A DNA stretch of 64,000 bases from contig CAJFCJ010000012.1 of the NCBI GenBank assembly GCA_904063045.1, forward strand, positions 2,428,810 through 2,492,809, given 5' to 3'. The notes beneath the pieces were generated by a model that was not told where the DNA came from, did no database searches, and saw only the letters and a program-made list of their open reading frames with translations. This DNA comes from Dimorphilus gyrociliatus. Its lineage: Eukaryota; Animalia; Annelida. This document shows, piece by piece, positions 37,111-52,000 of the stretch (the stretch's first letter is position 1; each line of letters opens with the position of its first letter). A program made the position numbers and the translations under genes.

Positions 37111-40100
37111 ACATTTCTACATTCTCTTGTAAATGTTGTTACGCCTCCCTTTTCTAATCTAGAAACCCAACAGGCGCCACCATTGCCACATTCTTTTAAT
37201 TTGATTGTATCAGTTTCATTGACAAAGTTGGATTGTTCCTTTCCGCAGTTTGCTTCACTTCCAGAACAAGTAAGACATTTCACTGTTCAGAGGAAAAATG
37301 AGTTATATATGTAATGAAAAGAGTAATAATGTATGTATACTTACTTGCGCATTCTCTATCATTCTTGTAAAGATGATACTCACTTGAACATTTATCACAT
37401 TTGAAGCCGTGAACACAAACTCCACAATTCGTTACTTGATTGGAACTACACGAAATACATTCAGTTTTATAATCAGATAAAGTGTAGCCTAGTTGACATT
37501 TGAAGCAACTTGCTTTTCCAGTACTATCAACTTGTGGAGAACACTCCATGCAATTAGCAAAAGCAGATATTGAACAATCTAATTAAGCAATACATATTGT
37601 AGGTCATTTAACAAGTTGATGATATTTTAAGATAGTAAATATATAATCACCTTCGCAGGCTCCTGATCTAATTGAAAATCCCGTTCTACATTTGGTACAG
37701 ACTGAATTATAGAATGAAGTAGCAGAGCAAACATCGCAATTAGGGGGACAAAAAGTGCACTCCTTAAAAGAATCTCCGAACAAAGCATAGTACTGTCTGC
37801 ATTTCGTACAAGTTATTGAACCTTTCTCAATTGCACAGTTCGGACAATTCCTCGGACATTCGCTACATTGTTCTGTACTTTTCCTAAATCCTTGCATACA
37901 AGTTGAACATACAAGAACTCCTTTATCGTCTAAATCTTCACAAACTGAGCAGTGATTTGGACAAGCATAACATTTTCTATCGAATGTCTTTCTGCCAAAT
38001 TTATAATCACAACTGTTGACGTCGCAACCAATGACGCCATTTTGAATCGAACATTTTTTACAGTGATTTGGACATGCTGAAATGTTTTGAATTAAATTAA
38101 ATTGAATTGTACAGGAAAATTCCTTTCGTAGAAATTACCTCTGCAGTTTCCAACATCCAAATTCAGAATAAACCTTGGTTTACATTCAGAACAAAGTGTA
38201 CCAGTTTTAGCATCATTCAATTGACAAGTTAGACAATTTTCATCACAAGCTGTGGGAATAGTTTTTTTCACATATGCAAAAAAAGATTATAACATCAGTA
38301 ACTTACGTAGACATTTTCCACCATCAGTTGATGAAGCGTAATTAGTAATACATGTTGCGCATGTTGTTACTCCTTTCGAATCAATGTGACAAGATGCACA
38401 GGGACGATTACAGGACACACATTTATTTCCAGATGTAAACAGTTTATGTGTGCTTTTACATTGCCTACATTTCGTTTCTTTTGCAACATCATCCCAATCG
38501 CATTTTACGCAATTACTCGGACAAGATACACAATTCCTACTAATGTCGAAAGTGAAACCAGAAGAACATTTAGAACATCCTTGACTTCCGTCATTTTTCA
38601 AATAACATCTCATACAAGAATCATCGCATTTTACACAAGTTCCATCGTCAGATTTAGTGATATATCCATCAATACAACCAGTTGGAAGACAATACGTTTG
38701 TCCATTTTTGAAATAACAATTATTACAGTTTGTAGGACAAGCATTACAATCGTAATCTGTCATGTCAAGAGCATATCCTGATGTGCATTCTACACATTTC
38801 TTTACTGCTAAATTGTCTTGAATACATTTATCGCAATTACCTGGGCATTGTGTACATTCGTAACTGCTGTCGGTTAAACCATAACTACTGGCGCAATGAA
38901 ATTGTAAGCATAGAGTTTCTGTATCACTTTTAGCTCGGCATTTTCCACAATTATCAGGACATTTCAAGCAAGTCTTTTTCGTGATCGGTTCTAAAACATG
39001 GGTGTTTTCATTACATTTTGTGCATTTGTCAACAATATTTCCTTCTTTAATGTTACAAGATAAACAATCATTTCCGCAAGAAATGCATGACGTTTTGTCA
39101 AGACTTGGAGAGAATCCAGACTTGCAACCTTGACACTCGTTTGGTGTATTGTCGACTTTTAGTGAACAAGTTAAGCAGTGAGCCATACATGGAACGCATG
39201 ATGTTTTCGCACTGTGAACCGAATATCCACTCTCACATTTAGAACACTCCTTTACTTTTGATACTCCTCCTCGATCAACAAAGGAACAAGTTTCACAATT
39301 TGCGGGACAATATACACAACTCTTTTTATCTTCGGCAAAAATTTTACCATATGTACATGACATACATTCGACAAGATTTGCACCAGTATGTTTGCAAGTT
39401 GGACATGAAGAAGGACATGTTCTACATTGCTTAGCAGCTGTATCGAAATTAGCGTTCGATGCACAACCAGAACATTCCGTGGTGAAGGTTTTGTCAACGG
39501 AACAAGTTTTACAATTATCTGTACATTTTGTGCATTCTGTTTTATCATAAGATATTAAATATCCGTCGGCACATATATCACATTTGGAGCTATCTGACGA
39601 ACAAGCGGCGCAGTTGGCTACTTGGCAGGTTTGACAAGTAGTTTTTGTAGTGTCAGGGAATTTATTAGGATCTATACACTCTTCACACAGGCCTTTATTG
39701 ACATCACACTTTTTGCAACCTGCAACACTACATTGTTCACAAGTTCTAGTGGGCCAAATGAATCTGTATCCAAGAGCACAGCCGGTTGATTTACATGCTG
39801 CCTTGTCATATGTTTCGCAATCGTCGCAATAAGTAGCTGTACAAGCTTCACAGTTGACTCCATCAATAGCTTTTCCTTTGGGGCATTCTGTGCATTGATG
39901 TGGTGTAACATAAAGACACTTTTTACAATTACTAGCTACCGAACACTGTATACAGATTTTATCAGGTTTGAATGAATATCCGTCTGCACAACCAGTTGGT
40001 TTGCATGCATGCTTGTTATATTCTTCGCAATCGTCGCAATTGCCTGTACAAGTTACGCATACATTTCCTGCTCCAGCGTCAATAGCTCTTCCTTTATCAC

Positions 40101-42978
40101 AAGATGTGCATTCATTTGGCGAATCAGCATAACATTTTTTACAACTACTAGCAGCAGTACATCTCACACAGGTTTTATCAGAAGATTTAAATGAATATCC
40201 ACTAGGACAACCAGTTGGTTTGCATGCATTCTTGTTATATTCTTCGCAATCTTCGCAATTGCCTGTACAAGTTACGCATACATTTCCTGCTCCGAAGTCA
40301 ATGGCTCTCCCTCTATGGCAAGATGTGCATACAGCTGGTGTAGCTTTATCACAGGTTGCACAGTTACTGGCAGGTATACATTGATAACAAGTTTCATCAA
40401 AGAAGCTGAATAAAAATCCGAAAGCACAGCCGGCTGCAGTACATTTAGTTATGTCTATTGGGTTACAAACATCACAATTTTGTGCGTTGCAGGGTACACA
40501 AGTACAAAATTCTGTTAGTGTATATGTAGCTGCACACACACTACATTGATTAGGATCTTTTTCATTATAGAAACACTTTGTGCAAGGAGAAGGACAGCTT
40601 ACACATTTGTTTTTCCTAGTATTTATCACGTAGTTTTCATTGCAGACACGACACGTTCCATCAGAATTACATTTGTCGCAATTATCAGGACACTTGTTAC
40701 ATCTAAGACCATCGCTTTGAACTCCGTATCCCGTATTGCATTTCGTACAGTGGCCAAGTCCCGATAGATCAGTCTTTAAACTGCATTCAATACAGTTGCT
40801 ATCAATACCACTACATGCTAAACATTCAGAGTTATCTTTATTCAAGATATATTTGTCACGGCATTTCAAGCAACCATTTGTCCAAATTCCATCTCCAGCT
40901 TCATTAGGAACGCATTTAATACAATTCGAAATAGTATCGGCACAAGCTTGACACGTTTGTAAATCGTGTAGCAAAGTTCTGCCACTCGAACATTTCTCTT
41001 CATAGCATTTTCCATTTCCATCACATTTGTCACAATTTCCGGTACAAGCGGTACAACTATCACCATTTTTACCATATTTATTCATGCAGACGATACATTT
41101 TGGACTGCCATCAACAATTTTACAATGAGCACAACCTTCTCCGCAGGCTGTAAAACAATATATTTCAATTAGGGTTTTCCTTGTTTTTTCTCTTTATTTG
41201 CTTTACAAATTGAAAATATGAAGACAAAGAAGACTTACATGAACATTGTCCACTTTCATCAACAAATCCATAGTTAACTTCACATTCGGAAGCATAACAT
41301 CGAGAGACGCCATTAACATCTTTACATAATTTGCAGTTTAACGGACAAACTATAATTGAGAAAGGCAAACAATGAGAATATGTAAGATTAAATGAGATTT
41401 ACAAGTGATGTCTACAAAATTATCAATCACTTATCTGTATTACCTAAACAAGTTTTATCAAAATCTTTGATGACGTATTTGGCTTCGCAGTTCGTACATT
41501 CGGCTCTGTTGTTCTTCCATTCACAAGAGTTACAGTTGGATGGACATGCTTGGCATTTTCCGTCACTATTTTTTATATACCTGTCTTTACACAACGTACA
41601 CAACGTCGATTTACCAGATAGAATGCAAGTAAGACAGTTGGATGGACACTGTGTGCATGGTGTAGAGCCAAAAGAAAGTTGATAATAGGATTGGCATTCA
41701 GTGCAGGTTGTGTCGAGTTTATCATAGTCCTCTATACATTTATTACAGGAACGGTGGCAAGATATACAATTTTTGTCAGTAGATCTAATAGTATAACCAA
41801 GGTCACATTTCGAACATTTCGGAACTCCATTATCATTTGTGCATATGGCACAATTGGAAGGGCACGGTAGACAGATTCCATCAGTATTTTTTACATAGCC
41901 GTCGCTACATTTCCAGCAAAACGTCTTCTTAGTATCTGACTTGAAAGTGCATTCAAGACAAGCGGAAGGACACGAATCGCATTTCTTTGTTTCGATATTA
42001 AGAGCAGTTCCTTTATCGCAAGATGAACAAACTAGATTATTGTTAGAATCGGCACCACAAACAGCACAATTGGAACTACATGAAGTGCAGGATTTATCAG
42101 ACCTGAGACCGTATCTTTTGAAGCATTGTGAACAGACTGTATCTGAACCACTGACTGAACAAATTTGGCAGAAACTGGGACATTCTGGAGATGAAAAAAT
42201 ATTTTAAAATGAAGAAAATAAAGAAGGTGTTTGTATTAAAAAACCATACTCAAGCATTTGTTGTCAGCTGTCAAAGGAGCGCTATAATCTTAGCAATCGT
42301 GGCAAACTGGTTTACCTTGCTCAATTTTGCAGAGTTTGCATGAATAATCTTCGGAACAAGCTATAAAGAATTAAAATGAATACGTAGTTTTAGTTTCTGA
42401 TGAAATTATTTGATTTGCTTTTCATTTCAACTTTGGAATTAAATGCTTAACTTCTATCGACATAAATGACTGTATGGCATAAGAAAATGGAACTCTCTGT
42501 TCTTTGAAATGAGTAATGCAAGAGCAAATATGCATGAAGAACTTCTTTGATAAAATACTAATATCATGAAAGATATTGATGTAGGAAGAGATTAAGAATA
42601 AAAGACAAAATTTTACCAAAGCATGTGTTACTGTCGGGATCTAGACCATAACCAGCAGAACATTCAAGGCATTTTGTGGCATCACCAGATCCAGTCAAAC
42701 TGCATTTCATACAGTTTGCGGTACAGTCTGAAATGAAGAAAAAGATTGAATGGAAAATAAAATTAATGATAGAGAAATGAGGATAGAAATAATGAAAACA
42801 TACCAATGCATTTTTTTTGATCAGTTGATAAAACTTGATTAGAGGCGCACTGCAAACACCTCAAGTCTTTATCGCTACAAATTTGACAATTCGCAATATC
42901 TTCACAGCCAGATGTTGTTGCGAATTGCAGATTTGTAGCCTTTAGCCAAATTATTATTAAAAATATATAAAATTTCAT
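36924..42978 (-). CDS. Array copy C: full-length structure but with an in-frame TAA in exon 3 (recent pseudogene, or expressed by exon skipping)
   Basis: E1 starts at 42978 (MKFYIFLIIIW). E3 (42250-42360) has TGC-TAA-GAT at 42292-42290 where the other copies have TGC-TAC-GAx. E4 41444-42184 (741 nt), E6 38307-41147 (947 codons) and E7-E10 are all open with canonical splice sites. Confidence 0.8.
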
Positions 42979-44049
42979 TTTGAACTTCCTTTAAGTTTTA
43001 CAATTGAAAAAGTGTTTTTGGCAAGTGGAAACTTTCACAGCTACTTTTGTCTCTTCTTTTGCGTCGTTTCAGGAATCTATGTTAATGAATCGTGGCTTGC
43101 GCTAGGTTATATAGGAGATATAGAGTTTTGACAAAAGCAAAAGAAAAACTAAAAAAAATAACCATTTATAATATCCATAACATTTGAATAGTTTAAAAGT
43201 AATTAATCACTGTTTGTTGATTTTAGCATTTCGATCAAATGGTAATTTTCCTTCAAATACTTTTATCAAACAACATCAGAGAGAATGACAGTTGTTTTAG
43301 AAGGATTTTTCATTAATTTTTCTTTAAACAAAATAACTTTTTCCTTAGTTTTTGTTTCAATTATCTGTCAACGCACATCCTTTTTCTTATATAATTGTCA
43401 ATTGAATGAAATTTCCAGGTTTCATTTAACAAATTCAACTTTCTGTTTATATCTGACATCAGAAACTTTGCTGTGGCATTAAAAATATTTATCTAATGGG
43501 AAAATAGAAGAAGTCTTATAGACTTGAATGGTCTAATCAGAATAAAAATCATGTATTCTTTTGTTAGATTTATTCAAATAATTAGTATGAAAACTATAGT
43601 GTGTAAAATGTTTACAGCTTTGCTATTAAACTCCATTCTTAAAGCTACTAAGGATTTTCATTTATTAAGATATAGAAGAAGCGAGAGGGTTTTCACAATT
43701 GATCTTTATGTTAATGGCATATGGTTGTATTATCGCTTTGTAATGCTAAGCTTTCTTTTTCAACATTATATAAATTTATCTAAGCTTAACTGATATATTA
43801 TTCTAACAAAAGAGATTGTTTAGTCGTGATTTTGTAAGTTATAAATGCTTATAGGATTATTACTACTGCTATACAGATAACTTTATATCATCAGCAGATC
43901 TAGTTAAAAGTACAGTGAATAAGCTATTGGTTAAACAAAAGTAAAGGCAATTTGAAGGATTGTTAAAAACAAAAGTAGCCTCTTTTAATAAATCAGGAGT
44001 TTGAAGCTCCTTCAAATATCCATTGACACATACTTCACATTTTGAACTA

Positions 44050-44810
44050 TCTTATTTGCAGATTGCGCAATTCATTACTTTCAAAGTTTGTCAAGTAGTT
44101 TTTGCAGTGTCAGGGAATTCAACACCACTTGCAAATTGTTCTTTTGTTCGAAATCAGGGCAGTTAGTATACAGTAGATATCACGTATTGCATTTCGTACA
44201 ATTTCCAAGTCCCGATAGATCAGTTTTTAAACCGCATTCATTACAGTTGATATCAATACGACTGCATTCTGAACATTCAGAGTTATCTTTATTCAAAAAA
44301 TATTTTTCATTTGGAACACACTTAATACAATTCGCACCGTTGCAAATTTGCACAGTTGCTTATGTTTGAAATTATAAGATATTCGGGAAAATTTAAAGAC
44401 AAACCTCAATTTTAGAAATACGTTTAAAAGAAGAGAAACTGGTATAATATGATTTTTTTTATTGGAAGAATGTCTCAAAAAGAAATATTAATATATCTCT
44501 ATTTTTCATTTTGAACTATGAAATTATATGCTGAACTTCTATCTACATAAATGACTGTATGACATAAGAAAATGGAACTTTCTGTTCTTGAAAATGAGTG
44601 AAGCAATAATGATTTTGCATGATAAATTTCTTTGATATCATTTAATGAAAGATGTAGATTTAACTTGATTAGAGGCGCAAATTAAACACCTTAAGTCTTT
44701 TTTGCTACAAATGTGATAGTTTGATATATCGTCACAGGCAGTTGTAGTTGCAGATTGCATGTGTTTAGCAGTAAGCCAAATTGTTACTACTAACAGATAT
44801 AATTTCAGAT
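44050..44810 (-). pseudogene. Array remnant psi2: exon 1 with destroyed start codon plus scattered exon-6 fragments
   Basis: 44650-44808 translates as LKLYLLVVTIWLTAKHMQSATTTACDDISNYHICSKKDLRCLICASNQV, with the ATG disrupted (caatATctGaaa versus caatATGaaa in B and D) and a Cys->Tyr change. 44185-44330 matches CIKCVPNE..NKDNSEC..KTDLSGLG and 44085-44115 matches PDTAKTTC. Confidence 0.8.
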
Positions 44811-45769
44811 ATTGGCGGTATATAAAGCCTATATAAAAAACTTGATTCAAACTGAAAGTAAAAGGTTAAATATAGAATTTTGGGAGAAAGTAATAAATAT
44901 TAAAGAAATAACCACTAATGCTAAGTAACAAAACATTCATTTCATTTGAATAGTTTGAAAGAAATTATTGATTTTGTTGTTGGTTTTAACAATTCAATCA
45001 ATTACCAATTTCTCTGGCTATTTTTTATGAAAGATTGTAAATGAGATTGATAGTGGCTTTACAAAGATTAATAGATATTTTTGCTTTGAGCAGAGCAAAT
45101 TTTTTGTTAGTTATCTGGCAAACCCAATTAGTTTTATAACACAATGAAATTTCCAGCTTTTATTTAGTAAACTTTGCTATAACATTTAAAATATTTATCT
45201 AATAGCAAAGTAGAGAAAGTCACCTTGACTTGATAGCGACCACTGGCCTTTAAAGAATTAAATTATCTATTCTTTGTTAGATTTAATCAAACAATTACTA
45301 TAAAAAGTATACTCTGCGGAGCTTTCGCAGCTTTACTATTAAACTTAATTCTTCAAACTATAAGGGATTTTCGATTATTTTATTTCAGACATTCTATAAA
45401 TATTGAAGACTTGCAAAGGTTTTCTCTGATGATTTTCATGTTTATTCCATTAGGTTTGTATTAACGCTATTGTTAATGCTATGACTTTTTTGAATCGATA
45501 TTGCACCTAAGCCTTGCTAAAGAATATTCCAACAAGAATGTTTGTTTAATCGTGGTTGTGTTATAATTAATATTATAATCATGATGTTATTCATCAGTAG
45601 GTCTAGTTGAGATCTGATGAGTTTTGATCAAAAATGATAGAGAGAATAGTTATTTATATAAACAAAATGTATACTTCCGAATATTTAGATGCATAGTGCA
45701 TCATTTCTCATTGAAGATTGAACAGAAAGTAAAATTAATGATAGAAAAATGAGGATAGAAATAATGAAA

Positions 45770-45930
45770 TATTATTGTGACCAGTAGATAAAACTTGATT
45801 AGAGGCGCACATTGAACACTTTAATCCTCTATTACTGCAACTTTCGCAATTCGCTATATCTTCGCAACCAGATGTGGGTACGGACTGCAAGTGCTTAGCA
45901 ATAAACCTAATTGTTACTACAAAGAGATAT
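45770..45930 (-). pseudogene. Array remnant psi3: isolated exon-1 fragment
   Basis: The minus strand reads ..AKHLQSVPTSGCEDIANCESCSNRGLKCSMCASNQVLST.., close to copy B exon 1. It has no ATG and no downstream exons. Confidence 0.75.
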
Positions 45931-46030
45931 GACGGATTATATTAAACTATAGTGAATGAATGGTGACATCAATCAATTGACAATTTCTCAGAATATCATT
46001 TCTCATTATCTGAATTGTTTATTGAGTATC

Positions 46031-49000
46031 TTAGGCCATCATAGCAGCAACAACACCTAATAAAACTAGCGAGATATTAATAAATATAGCTGCAGCTCCC
46101 GCAATACCATCGTTAAAGAAGATGTTGCATTTATCTCCTACGCAGCATTTTTCACATGCTTTTGTACCATCAGATGCTTTCTTGCAATGTTCCTCCACTG
46201 TTGAACTACTACATGTCACATTTCTACATTCTCTTGTAAATGTTGTTACGCCTCCCTTTTCTAATCTAGAAACCCAACAGGCGCCACCATTGCCACATTC
46301 TTTTAATTTGATTGTATCAGTTTCATTGACAAAGTTGGATTGTTCCTTTCCGCAGTTTTCTTCATTTCCAGAACAAGTAAGACATTTCACTGTTCATAAT
46401 TCATGAGAAAAACAAGTCATATAAAGAATAATGGGATTGATTATGTATAGATACTTACTTGCGCATTGTCTGTCATTATCATAAAGATGATACTCGCTTA
46501 AACATTTATCACATTTGAATCCATGAACACAAACTCCACAATCGGTTACTTGATTGGAACTGCACGAAATACATTCAGTTTTCTCATCAGATAAAGCGTA
46601 ACCGGATTGACACTTGAAGCAGCTTGCTTTTCCAGTACTATCCACTTGTGGAGAACAATCCATGCAATTAGCGAAAGCAGATGTTGAACAATCTAATAAA
46701 ATCAAAATACATTGTACATCATTTAATTGGTTGATGACTTTTTAAGATAATAGATATTTATAACCTTCGCAAGCTCCTGCTCTAATTGAAAATCCTTTTT
46801 TACATTTAGTACATACTGATTTATCGGATGAAGTTGCTGAGCAAACATCGCAATTAGGGGGACAAAAAGTGCACTGCTTAAAAGAATCTCCGAACAAAGC
46901 ATAGTACTGTCTGCATTTCGTACAAGTTATTGAACCTTTCTCAATTGCACAGTTCGGACAATTTCTCGGACATTCGCTACATTGTTCTGTACTTTTCCTA
47001 AATCCTTGCGTACAAGTTGAGCATACAAGAACTCCTTTATCGTCAACATCTTCACAAACCGAGCATTGATTTGGACAAGCGTAACATTTTCTGTCCGATG
47101 TTTTTCTGCCAAATTTATCATCACAACTGTTGACGTCGCAACCAATGACGCCATTTTGAATCGAACATTTTCTACAGTGATTCGGACAAGCTGAAATGTT
47201 GTGAATTGAATTGAATTGTACAGGAAAATTCCTTTCGTAGAAATTACCTCTACAGTTTCCAACATCCAAATTCAGAATAAACCTTGGTTTACATTTGGTA
47301 CAAAGTGTACCAGTTTTAGCATCATTTAATTTACAAGTCACACAATTCCCATGACAAGCTATAAAAACAATTTTTTTTTCATATACACAAAGAAAGATAA
47401 TAAGAATCACTTTTCAACAAGAATATAAATGATTTATTTCACTTACGTTGACATTTTCCATCAGCAGTTGATGAAGCGTAACCAGCATTACATGTTGCGC
47501 ATGTTGTTACTCCTGTGGCATCAATGTTACAGGATGCACAAGGACTAGTACATGACACACATTTGTTTCCAGATGTAAACAGTTTGTGTGTGCTCTTACA
47601 TTCCTTACATTTTATTTCTTTTGCAACATCATCCCAATCGCATTTTACGCAATTACTCGGACAAGATACACAATTCCTACTAATGTCGAAAGTGAAACCA
47701 GAAGAACATTTAGAACATCCTTGACTTCCGTCATTTTTCAAATAACATCTCATACAAGAATCATCGCATTTTACACAAGTTCCATCGTCAGATTTAGTGA
47801 TATATCCATCAATACAACCAGTTGGAAGACAATATGTTTGTCCGTTTTTAAAGTAACACTTGTTACAATTTGTAGGACAAGCATTACAATCGAAATCAGA
47901 CCAGTCAAGAGCATATCCTGCATTGCATTCTACGCATTTCTTTACTGCTGAATTATCTTGAATACATTTATCGCAATTACTTGGGCATTGTGTGCATTCA
48001 TAACTGCTGTCGGTTAAACCATAACTACTGTCGCAATGAAATTGTAAGCATAGAGTTTCTGTATCACTTTTAGCTCGGCATTTTCCACAATTATCAGGAC
48101 ATTTCAGGCAAGTCTTTTTCGTGGTTAGTTGAAGAACATGGGTGTTTTCATTACATTTTGTGCATTTGTCTACAACATCGCCTTCTTTAATTGTACAAGA
48201 AAGACATCCATCTCCGCAAGAAACGCATGTTGTTTTATCAAAGCTTGGAGCGTATCCCGACTTGCAAACTTGACATTCGTTTGGTGAATTATCGGCTTTT
48301 AACGAACAAGTGTTACAGTTAGTCATACATTTAACACAGGATGTTTTCGCACTGTGAACCGAATATCCACTGTTACATTTGGAGCACTCCAACACTTTTG
48401 ATACTCCTCCTTGATCAACAAAGGAACAAGTTTCACAATTTCCTGGACAAGAAACACAACTCTTTTTATCTTCAGCAAAGATTTTACCAGTTGTACATGA
48501 GCTACATTCGACAAGAGTTGCACCAGTATGTTTGCAAGTTGGACATGAAGAAGGACATGTTCTACATTGCTTAGCACCTGTATCGAAATTAGCGTTCGAA
48601 GCACAACCGGAACATTGCGTTATAAAGGTTTTGTCAACTGAACAAGTTTTACAATTATTTTCACATTTTGTGCATGATGTTTTGTCATCAGATATTAAAT
48701 ATCCGTCGGCACATATATCACATTTGGAGCTATCTGATTGGCAATTTAGGCAGTTGGCTACTTGGCAGGTTTGACAAGTAGTTTTTGCAGTATCAGGGAA
48801 TTTAGTAGGATTTGTACATTCTTCACACTGGGCTTTATTGGCATCACACTTTTTGCAACCTGTAACAGCACATTGCTCACATGTTTTAGTGGCGGTTACA
48901 AATCTATATCCAGCAGCACAACCAGTTGATTTACATGTGGCCTTGTCGTTTATTTCGCAGTCATCACAGTTAATAGCTGTACAAGCTACGCAATTAGTTC

Positions 49001-52000
49001 CATCAATGGCTTTTCCTGTAGGGCAATCGATACATTGCATAAGAGTATTAACGTCACAAAGTTTACAATCATTTGCAGCACAAACATCACACGTTTCACG
49101 TATAGGATTATAAACACTTCCAGCGTTGCATCCAGTTGATTTACATTTGTATATGTCTTTACAATCATTACAATAAGTTGCAAAACATGTTTCACAACGT
49201 TGAGTTAAAGGATTATAAACACTTCCAGCAATGCATCCAGTTGATTTACACTTGTACTTATCTCGTAGTTCACAATCATTGCAGTTTTGAGTTGCACAAG
49301 CTACACAATCGTCTCCATCAATAGTAAATCCTTTAGTGCAATCTGTGCATCGTCCCGGTGTGTATGGGTCACAGGCTTTACAGTTATTGCCAATACAAGA
49401 AACACAAGCGGCATCACTAGCTCTAAAAAAATACCCACTTTTACAACCAAATGATGTACATTTTGATACATCGGTTGATTCACAAAAATCACAATTTTGT
49501 GCCGTGCAGGGTACACAAGTTCCCAATTCTGTTAGTGTAAATGTAGCTGCACACACACTACATTGATTAGGATCTTTTTCATTATAGAAACACTTTGTGC
49601 AAGGTGAAGGACAGCTTAAACATGTGTTCTTCTTAGTATTTACAACATAGTTTTCATTGCAGACACTACATGTTCCATCAGAATTACAATTGGCACAATT
49701 AGCAGGACATTTGTTACATTTGAGACCATCGCTTTGAATTTCGTATCCATAATTGCATTTCGTACATTTTCCAACTCCTGATAGATCAGTCTTCAAACTG
49801 CATTCAATACAGTTGCTATCAATACCATTACATGCTAAACATTCAGAGTTATCTTTATTCAAGATATATTTGTCACGGCATTTCAAGCAACCATTTGTCC
49901 AAATTCCATCTCCAGCTTCATTAGGAACGCATTTAATACAATTCGAAATAGTATCGGCACAAGCTTTACACGTTTGTAAATCGTGTAGCAAAGTTCTGCC
50001 ACTCGAACATTTCTCTTCATAGCATTTTCCATTTCCATCACATTTGTCACAATTTCCGGTACAAGCGGTACAACTATCACCATTTTTACCATATTTATTC
50101 ATGCAGACGATACATTTTGGACTGCCATCAACAATTTTACAATGAGCACAACCTTCTCCGCAGGCTGTAAAACAATATATTTCAATTAGGGTTTTCCTTG
50201 TTTTTTCTCTTTATTTGCTTTACAAATTGAAAATATGAAGACAAAGAAGACTTACATGAACATTGTCCACTTTCATCAACAAATCCATAGTTAACTTCAC
50301 ATTCGGAAGCATAACATCGAGAGACGCCATTAACATCTTTACATAATTTGCAGTTTAACGGACAAACTATAATTGAGAAAGGCAAACAATGAGAATATGT
50401 AAGATTAAATGAGATTTACAAGTGATGTCTACAAAATTATCAATCACTTATCTGTATTACCTAAACAAGTTTTATCAAAATCTTTGATGACGTATTTGGC
50501 TTCGCAGTTCGTACATTCGGCTCTGTTGTTCTTCCATTCACAAGAGTTACAGTTGGATGGACATGCTTGGCATTTTCCGTCACTATTTTTTATATACCTG
50601 TCTTTACACAACGTACACAACGTCGATTTACCAGATAGAATGCAAGTAAGACAGTTGGATGGACACTGTGTGCATGGTGTTGAGCCAAAAGAAAGTTGAA
50701 AATACGGTTGGCATTCAGTGCATGTTGTTCCATCTGGATTGTTTGAATCTTCTGTACATTTATTACAGAATTCTTTGCAGGTCATACAAGTTTTGTCAGC
50801 AGATCTAACAGTATAACCAACAACACATTCCGAACATTTGGTAACTCCATTATCATTAGTGCATGTAGCGCAATTGGAAGGGCAGGATAGACATGTTCCA
50901 TCACTATTTTCTACATAACGATCTCTACATTTCGAGCAAAACGTCTTCTTAGTATCTGATTTGAAAGTACATTCGAGACAAGCCGAAGGACACGAATCGC
51001 ATTTCTTTGTTTCAGTGTTAAGAGCAGTTCCTTTATCGCAAGATGAACAAACTAGATTATCTTCGGAATCTGCACTACAAACAGCACAATTGGAAGTGCA
51101 CGAAGAGCATGATTTGTCAGACTTGAGACCGTATCTTTTGAAGCATTGTGAACATACTGTATCTGAACCACTGACAGAACAAATTTGGCAGAAACTGGGA
51201 CATTCTGAAAAACAAGAAAATATTATATGAAGAATATAGAGAAAGTGTTTGTATTCAAAAAACCCACTGATGCACTTGTTGTCATCTGTCAAAGGAGCAC
51301 TATACTCGTAGCAATCGTAGCAAACTGGTTTTCGATGTGTAATATTACAGAATTTGCATGAATTATCTTCGGAACAGGCTGTAAATAATTAGAGTAAAAA
51401 TGAAATTCTATGGCAGGAGTAAAGCAATCTAAAAAATCCAAATTTTCCTTGCGTATTGAGCTCGTATTTTTACTATAATTTTTGTTGGAAATTATAAGAA
51501 ATTCCGGGAAAAGTTGAAGGTGAAATGAGATGTATAGGAAAAAATGTGTATATAACTGTCTTCAGCTTGAGTACTTGTTATAATGAGTTTAAAGGGAAAA
51601 AAACGTGTAAGATATGATGATCATCGGAAGAATGTTTCAAAGTAAAGTATTAAATATATCGTTCAGTTTTTTAAATAATGAAATTATATTCTGATAAATT
51701 GAAGAAATTGCTTAAATTTCATTTATCTGCATAATTGACTTTTTTCCATGAAAAATAAAACCAGCTGTCTCTTAAGTTGAGTAGTACAATACTTATTTGG
51801 TATGACTGATATTCTTTCATGAAGCATATACAGACTAAAATGAAAAAAACCTTAAGAAAAATAGATAAACATTTACCAAAGCAGGTTTTGGAGTCGGGAT
51901 CTACAGCATAACCAGCAGAGCATGCAACGCATTGTGTTTTATCACCAGACCTAATCAAACTGCATTTTATACAGTTTGCGGTACAATCTGAAATTAAGAA

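Noticed and set aside
46742-47410. ORF reading through intron 7 of copy D (57 nt, stop-free), suggesting intron retention
   Set aside because: The equivalent intron in copy C is 62 nt and out of frame, and the splice sites are canonical. This is probably chance for a short intron.
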